A stretch of DNA of 64,000 nucleotides, from the NCBI GenBank assembly GCA_964626365.1, contig CAZVDL010000005.1, positions 3,075-67,074 of the forward strand. Reading direction: 5' to 3'. The notes under the pieces were generated by a model. That model had not been told where the DNA came from. It ran no database searches and saw nothing but the letters and a program-made list of their open reading frames with translations. Source of the DNA: an uncultured Nitrososphaerota archaeon (GTDB taxonomy: Archaea > Thermoproteota > Methanomethylicia > Nezhaarchaeales > B40-G2). The stretch's first letter is position 1. Every line of letters starts with the position of its first letter. A program made the translations under genes and the position numbers. Below, piece after piece: positions 18,279 to 25,891 of this stretch.

Positions 18279-18755
18279 TCAGTAGACTCCTGGAATGAAC
18301 CTCCACTTAACCCTCCTCCTATACTCCTCGTACTCCCTACCAAACTTTTTGAGGAGAAGCTCCTCCTCTTTAACCGCGGTCAACACGTGCAGCGCCGCCA
18401 ACATGGATGCGACTATAAGGGCTGGCACGTTTCCAAGGCAAAGAGAGGCTCCGAAATAAACCAGCATTATCCCTAAGTAGCCTGGATGCCTAACCTTAGA
18501 GTAGATACCCGTCGTCACGAGCTTCTCAACCTCCTCGACCTTAGCGTGGGCCTGCCGGTGCTCCTTATGTGACAGGCCGTGGATGAACATGCCGACGATA
18601 AACAGTGTTACGCCCAACGCTGTAAAGATCGAGGTGAAGGGTAACGTTAAGGTCTTAGTGAGGTAACAAGGAAGGCCTACGACGATCAGTAGAAGCCACT
18701 CTATAGTAGCCCTTAGGCCGGGCTTCATTAGGAGATACCTGTCTAGCGTCCTCAT
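18279..18755 (-). CDS. ICMT/PEMT-family membrane methyltransferase (isoprenylcysteine carboxyl methyltransferase-like).
   Basis: A polytopic protein with the C-terminal RHPGYLG ... E motif typical of the ICMT/phospholipid methyltransferase family. Confidence 0.65.
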   Translation of the reverse strand: MRTLDRYLLMKPGLRATIEWLLLIVVGLPCYLTKTLTLPFTSIFTALGVTLFIVGMFIHGLSHKEHRQAHAKVEEVEKLVTTGIYSKVRHPGYLGIMLVYFGASLCLGNVPALIVASMLAALHVLTAVKEEELLLKKFGREYEEYRRRVKWRFIPGVY

Positions 18756-18832
18756 CTATGCGCCTTAAGGCAGGTTTAAGGTAAAATTTTTACGATCCTT
18801 GAACCTAAGGGCTCGTCAACCAAGCTTAAAGC

Positions 18833-19672
18833 TTGCTCTCTCCGCGTTTTTTAGTAGGTGGATGGTTGAGGCGTATCGTCCTGCTAGCGCTATTGTTATG
18901 CCTGACCCTGTTCGCTGCGGTATGTGTCCTTGTAAGACAACGCGAGGCTCCCAGTTTCATCGACGCTAAGCGTGCATGTAGCTTCCTTGAATCTCAGTAC
19001 GTACCCGAGGTGGGTTTACTAAGGGCCTCGGTTGAAGCTTACCCCGAAAACATAACGATATACGTAACCTCAGATAACCTGTTAGCAGTTAAAGCCTTAG
19101 AGCTCTGCAGCTCTCCTTTATCTCGAGAGGTCAAGAAGGTATTGGCTTCCAGTTATCCGAGGCTGGCTCATGGAGATGGGCTTCATGAAGTACTCCTAGG
19201 CAGGACGATAGGGGCGTTTAGGTCTCAGAGAGAGCTGCTCTTCGGCGTATTTAATGGCTACCTAGTTAAAGCTCACGTCTTTGATGGCGCGGTTATGGCC
19301 GACTGGTACGAGTACGCTGATCTAGTGGCGTATAGGGGGCTTAATGCTACATGGTCCAGCCGCTTAAAGGAGGCAGAACTTGCATGGTCAAACCTAACCA
19401 GGATGTGGGACGGCTACGGTTTTAAGGATAAAGCCTTTGACGGCAGGTATGAGTCGTATAAGCTTGCATTGGCTTATCTTCTCGCCAAAAACCTTAAGGT
19501 TGAAGACCCTATAGCAAAGAGCCTAGAGGAGGTCATGTCCAAGCTCCAAGCGGATAATGGCGGGATCTACACCCACTATGTCGCCGTAGACGGGAAGATA
19601 GTACCGGCTGGAGACGTTAACGTGGAGACAACCTCCATCTTCATAATCGCGTGCCTATCAACGAAGCACTAA
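18833..19672 (+). CDS. Hypothetical secreted or anchored protein whose codon usage is AT-richer than its neighbours.
   Basis: An N-terminal hydrophobic anchor and no recognisable domain. Third-position A/T is enriched compared with flanking genes. Confidence 0.45.
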   Translation: MLSPRFLVGGWLRRIVLLALLLCLTLFAAVCVLVRQREAPSFIDAKRACSFLESQYVPEVGLLRASVEAYPENITIYVTSDNLLAVKALELCSSPLSREVKKVLASSYPRLAHGDGLHEVLLGRTIGAFRSQRELLFGVFNGYLVKAHVFDGAVMADWYEYADLVAYRGLNATWSSRLKEAELAWSNLTRMWDGYGFKDKAFDGRYESYKLALAYLLAKNLKVEDPIAKSLEEVMSKLQADNGGIYTHYVAVDGKIVPAGDVNVETTSIFIIACLSTKH

Positions 19673-19825
19673 TCGCGTTGAGATCGCTAAACCTGACGTT
19701 ACGCCGTTAGCGGTGGTCGCGCCATTAATCATCTCTTGCATCCTACAATGGTCACGCCCCTAATAATTGCGAGGAAAACTAAGGCCCTTCTCTAAGGCAG
19801 GTGGTTAAGGGGGCGTCGAGGGAGG

Positions 19826-20611
19826 TTATGGAAATTCAACCCTGTCCACGTTTGCCCCCCTCGCCTTGGCCTGTTCTAAGAGCCAGTTTAATGCGCCCTC
19901 TACCATAGCTTTAGCCTCGTTTAAGTTGGCGACTCGACAGGCTACGTGTAGTTGTATAACTGATAACCCTTCCTCGAGCCTCGGATGGGACTTTATGTAT
20001 ACCTTAGGGTATCGCCGCATGGCCTCCTCTATGTAGGGGGCTAAGGTGGCCTCATAGATCCCTGTGATCGTGGCCTCAGCTTGATAGAAGGCCTCCTTTA
20101 CCCGCTCCCTTAGCAGAGGCTCCACGTGCACCTCAAACATGGCCTTCATCTCGGCTGGCACGCCTGGTAACACGGTGATTAGCGTGGAGCCCAGCTTAAC
20201 CATGGCTCCAGGGGCGGCGCCCACAGGGTTGTAGAGTGGCTTGGCTCCACGTGGGAGGTAGGCCATCTTTTTAACTTGGGGCGCCTCGACGTGCCTGCCC
20301 ACCCTCTCCTCCAGCATTCTAAGCGCCTCTTGGTTAAGCTCAGTCTCCACGCCTAGCGCCCTAGCCACCCCCTCCATGGTCATGTCGTCGGGGGTTGGGC
20401 CTAAGCCGCCGGTCGTTATCACCAGCTCGGCTCCACGTGAAGAGGCCTCCCTGAGCGACGATGAGATTTCATCTAGGTTGTCGCCAACCACCGTGATCCT
20501 CTTTACCACTCCTCCAAGCCTAGTTACGCGGTCAGCCAGCCAGGAGGCGTTGGTGTTCACCGTCCTACCTATGAGCAGCTCGTTGCCTATAGAGACAAGC
20601 TCGACGATCAA
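19826..20611 (-). CDS. CinA-like protein with an N-terminal molybdopterin-binding (MoCF biosynthesis) domain.
   Basis: IVELVSIGNELLIGRTVNTNASWLADRVTRLGG ... ITTGGLGPTPDDMT is the MogA/MoaB/CinA N-domain signature (GGLGPT, DD). Confidence 0.7.
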   Translation of the reverse strand: MIVELVSIGNELLIGRTVNTNASWLADRVTRLGGVVKRITVVGDNLDEISSSLREASSRGAELVITTGGLGPTPDDMTMEGVARALGVETELNQEALRMLEERVGRHVEAPQVKKMAYLPRGAKPLYNPVGAAPGAMVKLGSTLITVLPGVPAEMKAMFEVHVEPLLRERVKEAFYQAEATITGIYEATLAPYIEEAMRRYPKVYIKSHPRLEEGLSVIQLHVACRVANLNEAKAMVEGALNWLLEQAKARGANVDRVEFP

Positions 20612-20624
20612 GCTTACCGCCCCC

Positions 20625-21737
20625 CTAGAGCATAACTTCAGCTAGGTCCTCAGGTCTAATGAACCTGCTCTCCTCCACTTCAAGGGCCCTATCCACCGCC
20701 TTTAGGATCTCCTCCTTCTCGTCTGGGAGCTTGTAGCCCTCGTGGTCCTGGCTGAACACGTGCACTAGACCCATCCTCGTTTTATACGCTGGGTTACAGA
20801 AATGGTCGAAGCTGATGCGGCTGTCTACGTCGAGCTTCTCGACGAGAAGCCTTATTTCCTTAAGGTAGCCGTGGGGGGTTAGTAGCTTGAAGCGCCCCTG
20901 GACGAAGTCGTCGTAGAGCGGGGTTCCTTTACGTGGAACTAGGCTTCGGACCCTTATGTAGTGGGGGTTGATCTCGTTTAACACCTTGGCGGTGTTTAAG
21001 GCGTGCTCCCTCCACCTATCAGCTCCGCCTAGCCCAGGCATAACGTACTCGGACAGCTCAAACCCAGCCTCTATGGCCTTCCTCCCAGCCTCCACGTGTT
21101 CCTGGCTCGTAACCCCCTTGTTAACGTAGGCCAACACCTCGTCATCTCCGCTTTCAAGCCCCACGTGTAGCCTAGTTAAGCCGGAGGCCCTTAGCTCCTT
21201 CAGCTCCTCGAGGCTCTTCCTATATAGGGTCTTAGCTCTAGCGTAGGAGGTCACCCTCTCGATAGTAGGGAACTTAGCTCTCAGGTACCTTATTATTTCA
21301 CATAGCCTATCCGTCTTCATTATGAGGCTATCGGCGTCCTGTATAAACACGGTCCTACAGCCTGACCTAGCCCAGTTAAACACCAAGCTGAACCATGGGC
21401 TATAGGCCAGGGCAGGCTCGATGGCTATGAGGGTTAGGGCGAGCCTATCATTGACCTCGCCCTTAAAGCCCAACTCCTTAGATAACATCCTAAGCTCGTT
21501 CAACATAAGCTCCACGGAGTCTATATCGGCCTTGACCTCGTCCACAAACCTGATCTGGAAGGGCTTCCTATCGTAGGGCAGCCCGTAGCAGAACTTACAC
21601 TTGCTCCACGGGCAGTTCCTAGTAGCCCTAATCAACAGGGAGTGGCTGCCCCCCTCACTTGGAGGCCTTATGGGGCCTACCTCAAACTTAAGCGTAGCTA
21701 GCAGTTGAAGGGACGCCTTAACAGCCTCGCTTAACAA
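20625..21737 (-). CDS. Radical SAM protein with a non-canonical CX4CX2C cluster motif (Elp3-N-terminal / TIGR01212-like).
   Basis: NCPWSKCKFC sits at the expected position of the radical SAM Cys triad. The downstream region shows TIM-barrel-like radical SAM core features. There is no acetyltransferase domain. Confidence 0.6.
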   Translation of the reverse strand: MLSEAVKASLQLLATLKFEVGPIRPPSEGGSHSLLIRATRNCPWSKCKFCYGLPYDRKPFQIRFVDEVKADIDSVELMLNELRMLSKELGFKGEVNDRLALTLIAIEPALAYSPWFSLVFNWARSGCRTVFIQDADSLIMKTDRLCEIIRYLRAKFPTIERVTSYARAKTLYRKSLEELKELRASGLTRLHVGLESGDDEVLAYVNKGVTSQEHVEAGRKAIEAGFELSEYVMPGLGGADRWREHALNTAKVLNEINPHYIRVRSLVPRKGTPLYDDFVQGRFKLLTPHGYLKEIRLLVEKLDVDSRISFDHFCNPAYKTRMGLVHVFSQDHEGYKLPDEKEEILKAVDRALEVEESRFIRPEDLAEVML

Positions 21738-21820
21738 CCCAAGTCACCTTAACTGGAGGTCCGCTTAGAACCTGGCGGCTAGGTATTTAAAGCATGGCGT
21801 GGCCGCCTTGCCACTTAGGC

Positions 21821-22537
21821 CTATGAACAGCTGGCGTCGCCCTCCACCGCCCTCGACCTGCTCCAAAACGAAGCTAACATCTCGGCCACCTCGTCGTCGC
21901 TTAAGTCCCGCCACTCCACGTAGGCGTCAGCCACCGCATAAACAGGCCCTCCTCTCACGTTTAAGGCCACCAATAGGTCGACTTCAGGTAACAGGAGCTC
22001 CACAGCGGAGATGGACGAAGTAGGGGCTGCGATCACTACCCTGGCGGCCTCTTTATCCTTAACCGCTCTCACCGCGGTGAGCATGGTGAAGCCTGAGGCC
22101 AGCCCATCATCAATCAACACGACCTCCCTGCCCTTAATCTGAGGCATAGGCCTGCCTCCTCTAAGCCTAGCCATCCTAGCCTCCACGCTGCGCCTAGCCT
22201 CCTCCACCTTAGCCTTGACAACCTTGCCCGGTAGCCCTAAGGCCTCGATAGCTCCCTGGTCCAGTATGACTCTTCCATCCCAAGCCACAGCTCCAAAGCC
22301 AGCCTCGGTGGTCCAGGGGTATAGCACCTTCCTAACTATGGCTAAATCAAGCTCCAGGCCTAGTTTCTCCGCCACCTTTAAGCCTATGGGTACCCCTCCG
22401 GCAGGTATAGCCAATACTAGCGAGCTACTTGAAACCAGCCTCTCTAAGGCTTCAGCTAGCTTCAGCCCAGCTTCAACCCTATCCTTAAACACGTACAACT
22501 TCTCTCTCAGCGTAGGGTCCTCCACTAGTTTGCCCAT
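21821..22537 (-). CDS. Type-I phosphoribosyltransferase family protein.
   Basis: VVLIDDGLASGFTM is the canonical PRPP-binding motif. Confidence 0.7.
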   Translation of the reverse strand: MGKLVEDPTLREKLYVFKDRVEAGLKLAEALERLVSSSSLVLAIPAGGVPIGLKVAEKLGLELDLAIVRKVLYPWTTEAGFGAVAWDGRVILDQGAIEALGLPGKVVKAKVEEARRSVEARMARLRGGRPMPQIKGREVVLIDDGLASGFTMLTAVRAVKDKEAARVVIAAPTSSISAVELLLPEVDLLVALNVRGGPVYAVADAYVEWRDLSDDEVAEMLASFWSRSRAVEGDASCS

Positions 22538-22591
22538 CCTACATATTTTAGGGTGTAGCTGGAACTTAAAGGCTTGTACGTGGACCCAGCT

Positions 22592-23392
22592 TTACACTTG
22601 ATCGAAGGAGCCAGGCCGATAGCCCTCTAAGTCGAGGGCTACAAACCTATAACCTAGCTTTTTAAGCTCAGAAGCCACCTTTAAGGCCACCTTAGGCCTA
22701 GCTAAAATCTCCACGAGCCCTTGGTCGACTTCGATCCTGGCCAAGTCCCCGTGGTCCCTAACCCTCACGTGGCCACGCGCTCCCACCACCTCGACGACCA
22801 CTCTTTCGGCCTCAGCTACTTTCCTAAGCGCCTCCAAAGTCAACGTCCTCCCGTAAGGGAAGCGTGTAGCTAGACACGCGGATGAAGGCCTATAGGCTGA
22901 GGGTAGCCCCCACCGCATAGCAAGTCCTCTTACCTCTTTTCTGCCCAGCCCGGCCTCAATGAGTGGGCTGGCTATGCCCAGCTCCTTTAAGGCCTTGAGG
23001 CCCGGCCTATGCTCGGAGAAGTCGTCGACGTTGGTCCCATCAGCTACGTACTTAAGCCCAAGTTCCTCAGCTAGCTTCAAGGCCAAGGTGAACCTTAAGC
23101 GTTTACACGCATAACAGCGGTCACGCTGGTTGCCAGCTACGCTCGGGAGCTCAAGCTCGTTTAGGTCTAAGACCACGTGCTTAACCCCTATATGCTCAGC
23201 TACCCGCCTAGCCTCCTCGACTTCCCAAGGAGGGTGTAACGGCGAGTTAAAGGTGACAGCTGCACAGCGCCCCTTTAAGGCCTTGAAGGCTGCCGCGGCC
23301 ACGACGGAGCTGTCAACGCCCCCTGAGAGGGCTACGAGGAGGGAGCCCTTAGACTCGATGACTCTTAGTAGGCGCTCCTCAGCCTCCTTCAA
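22592..23392 (-). CDS. LarE-like / TIGR00268 PP-loop ATP pyrophosphatase, a putative ATP-dependent sulfur transferase. The start is probably TTG at 23392, overlapping the thiI stop.
   Basis: The PP-loop SGGVDSS and a conserved downstream Cys in ACLATRFPYG resemble the LarE catalytic-Cys region. The ORF-track N-terminal extension overlaps thiI and is likely not translated. Confidence 0.65.
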   Translation of the reverse strand: MKEAEERLLRVIESKGSLLVALSGGVDSSVVAAAAFKALKGRCAAVTFNSPLHPPWEVEEARRVAEHIGVKHVVLDLNELELPSVAGNQRDRCYACKRLRFTLALKLAEELGLKYVADGTNVDDFSEHRPGLKALKELGIASPLIEAGLGRKEVRGLAMRWGLPSAYRPSSACLATRFPYGRTLTLEALRKVAEAERVVVEVVGARGHVRVRDHGDLARIEVDQGLVEILARPKVALKVASELKKLGYRFVALDLEGYRPGSFDQV

Positions 23393-24590
23393 CCACGAGC
23401 TCCTCAAGCCCCTCAACCTCCATGGACACCAGCCCCCCAGCGTCCACCTTGGCCTCGGCCTCCTCAACCTCCCCAAGGTCCACTCTGGTCGCTGCCCTTT
23501 TAGGCGAGGCCTTACACCCCTCCTCGGGCCTCGAGGAGATCTCGTAGGTCCCTATGCGCTGAGCAAGCCTCTCTACCTCGGCCTTATCCATGCCTAAGAG
23601 GGGCCTAAACACCGGGCACCCTTTAACCGCCGAGTCGATGACGTAGAGGTTGCTCAACGTCTGGCTGGCCTGCTCCCCTAAAATGTCCCCCGTGACTACG
23701 CCTTTAGCCCTCCTAAGCGAAGCCAGCCTACAAGCCACCCCTAACATCACCCTCTTACATAGCACGCAGGTCAACCTCTCAGGGGCGGCCTCCTTAATCC
23801 TCCTCAACGCCTCGCCGTGCCTAGCCACGTAGAACCTAAGCCTATTGCCCGGCATCCAACCAGCCAGCCTCTTAGCCAAGTCGAGCGCCTTAGCCCTCGT
23901 CTCGGGACCCGCAAAATCCTCAAGGTCGAAGTGTAGCAACGCAGGTATGCATCCTCTCCTCATGGACATCCAGGCGGCCACGGGAGAGTCTATCCCCCCG
24001 CTTATCAGGCACACTACTCTCCCCTGGCTGCCTGTCGGTAGGCCTCCTGGCCCTTCAACCTCATCCACGTACACGTAGGCGTCCCCCTCCCTGACTTCGA
24101 CGCCCACAATGATGTCAGGCCTATCCAGGTCCACCTTCACCCCTTTACCCTTAAGGGACCTTAGTATGGCCGAGCCTACGGCCTTGACCACGTCGGGGCT
24201 ACGGTAAGGGTGCTCGCCCACCCTCCTACATTTAACAGCGAAGCGTGTACCCTCTTTGAAGGTGGAGAGGGCCACCTTAACCCCAAGGTCCACGATGTCT
24301 TCAAGCTTAGAGCTTGCCTTAACGGCCGGCGAAACTGAGGAGACGCCGAAGACCTTGGCAGCCTCGTTAACCGCTGCATCAGGGTCCTCGACAGGGACAT
24401 AGATCCTGCCGAAGACGTAAGTGGGCTCGTGGCTAAACGCCCCAGCCCTCTTAAGCCTCTTAACGAGGTCCCTTAAGACTCTCCTCTCGTACCTAACCCT
24501 AACCCTGCTACTCTTAACCCCTATCTCCCCACTAAACCTGATGATTAAGTATACGGGCGCTCCAAGGCGCTTAGTCCATGTATACGACAC
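23379..24590 (-). CDS. thiI: tRNA 4-thiouridine synthase ThiI (THUMP plus PP-loop domains, no rhodanese domain).
   Basis: An N-terminal THUMP-like region and the PP-loop SGGIDSPVAAW. The 403 aa size fits archaeal ThiI. Confidence 0.85.
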   Translation of the reverse strand: MSYTWTKRLGAPVYLIIRFSGEIGVKSSRVRVRYERRVLRDLVKRLKRAGAFSHEPTYVFGRIYVPVEDPDAAVNEAAKVFGVSSVSPAVKASSKLEDIVDLGVKVALSTFKEGTRFAVKCRRVGEHPYRSPDVVKAVGSAILRSLKGKGVKVDLDRPDIIVGVEVREGDAYVYVDEVEGPGGLPTGSQGRVVCLISGGIDSPVAAWMSMRRGCIPALLHFDLEDFAGPETRAKALDLAKRLAGWMPGNRLRFYVARHGEALRRIKEAAPERLTCVLCKRVMLGVACRLASLRRAKGVVTGDILGEQASQTLSNLYVIDSAVKGCPVFRPLLGMDKAEVERLAQRIGTYEISSRPEEGCKASPKRAATRVDLGEVEEAEAKVDAGGLVSMEVEGLEELVVEGG

Positions 24591-24619
24591 AGCGATCAGG
24601 CTTCAAGGATTTGAGCCTC

Positions 24620-25582
24620 CTAATATTCTTTGGTCAGGGCCTTCCTCACAGCTCCCTCGACGCTCCTCTTAAACGCTTCCACCCCCTCGTAGCTGCCCGT
24701 AGCCCTATAAATCAACCTGCAGAAGGCGCAGACATCGGTTGAGGTCGGCATATCACACACTGAACACTTTTTAACCTCCCCCTCTACGTGCGTGCTTAGC
24801 TTCTCCCTAAGCCTCCTGAGAAACGACAGCTTAAAGCCGGGCCTCTCGGCCTCTAGGGTGTTTAGGAACTCCTTAGCCTTGAACTCAAGCCCCTCCCTGT
24901 TAACGTAGGGACACTCCTCGTGGTGGAAGGGCAGCCCGCTAGTCAACGCGTACACTAGGGCTTCGCGCTCGCTCACCTCGAGGAGCGGCCTAAGCCTACC
25001 CACTAGGCCGTCCTTAGTCTCGCTGTGACCTACAAGCTTAGCTAGCTCCCCTTCTCCCCCCACTAGGAAGGCCTTAACCGCGTAGGCAGCGATATCGTCT
25101 AAGTTATGCCCTGTGGCTAGCCTCGAAGCGCCGGCCAGGTTAGCCGCCAAGTTCAATGTGTAGCGCTTAACGAGACCGCACACGGAGCACACAGGCCTCT
25201 TAGCCAGCTTAGCGGCCTTGTCTACACTTAACCCGAGCGCCTGTTCAAGGCCCACTAGGATTAAGGGGCGCTCAAGCTTTTCAGCCAGCGCTTCAGCGGC
25301 GCGGCAGCACTCCTCAGAGTACCCTTGAATCCCCAGGTTTAAGTGCACCAAGAGGACCCTTGTCGCCAGCTCGTTCTCTAACAGCTTCAATAAGCTAGCC
25401 GCTGAGGCGCTATCCTTACCTCCTGAGACCGCAACTAATACTAGCGAGCTTCTTGGAACCGCGTCTCTGACTACGCTGGACACCTTCCTTGCCAGGTAGC
25501 TTTCTAAGTGGTCCCTACATAGGGCCAGCTTAGCGTACCTAAGGTATATGACCGCCCTCGACCCACATCGGCTACACTTCAC
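24620..25582 (-). CDS. ttuA: TtuA/NcsA-family tRNA 2-thiolation PP-loop ATPase.
   Basis: An N-terminal zinc finger (CSRCGSRAVIY...C), the PP-loop SGGKDS, and C-terminal CSVCDMPTSTDVCAFC (Zn/Fe-S cysteines). The GTG start overlaps the upstream stop (GTGA). Confidence 0.8.
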   Translation of the reverse strand: MKCSRCGSRAVIYLRYAKLALCRDHLESYLARKVSSVVRDAVPRSSLVLVAVSGGKDSASAASLLKLLENELATRVLLVHLNLGIQGYSEECCRAAEALAEKLERPLILVGLEQALGLSVDKAAKLAKRPVCSVCGLVKRYTLNLAANLAGASRLATGHNLDDIAAYAVKAFLVGGEGELAKLVGHSETKDGLVGRLRPLLEVSEREALVYALTSGLPFHHEECPYVNREGLEFKAKEFLNTLEAERPGFKLSFLRRLREKLSTHVEGEVKKCSVCDMPTSTDVCAFCRLIYRATGSYEGVEAFKRSVEGAVRKALTKEY

Positions 25583-25794
25583 CTCAAGCCACCCGAGATA
25601 GCCTCGTAAACCTCAACCTCATCGCCGTCCATTAAGGCTTCGTCCTCAGTTAACACGACCCCCTCCCGGACAACCACGGCTGACTCCTCACTATACCCTA
25701 AAAGCCTAAGAAGGTCCCTTACCTTAGCCTTGCCCTTCAGCTCCACGTCCCTAACGGCGCCTCCAGGCCTAACCCTCACTCTAAGCCTAATCAA
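25579..25794 (-). CDS. ThiS/MoaD/TtuB-type ubiquitin-like sulfur-carrier protein (SAMP) with a C-terminal Gly-Gly followed by two extra residues (..SGGLR).
   Basis: The 71 aa size and a beta-grasp-like sequence ending EVYEAISGGLR*. It sits immediately upstream of ttuA with an overlap. Confidence 0.6.
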   Translation of the reverse strand: MIRLRVRVRPGGAVRDVELKGKAKVRDLLRLLGYSEESAVVVREGVVLTEDEALMDGDEVEVYEAISGGLR

Positions 25795-25891
25795 TTTGGG
25801 GCCTCTTAGCTGACGCGTAAAGGGCTGCTTAAACGTTTACGCTCAAAGATAACCTTTTTCTTCTTCCACAGCTCTCACCCACCGAGCTAAG

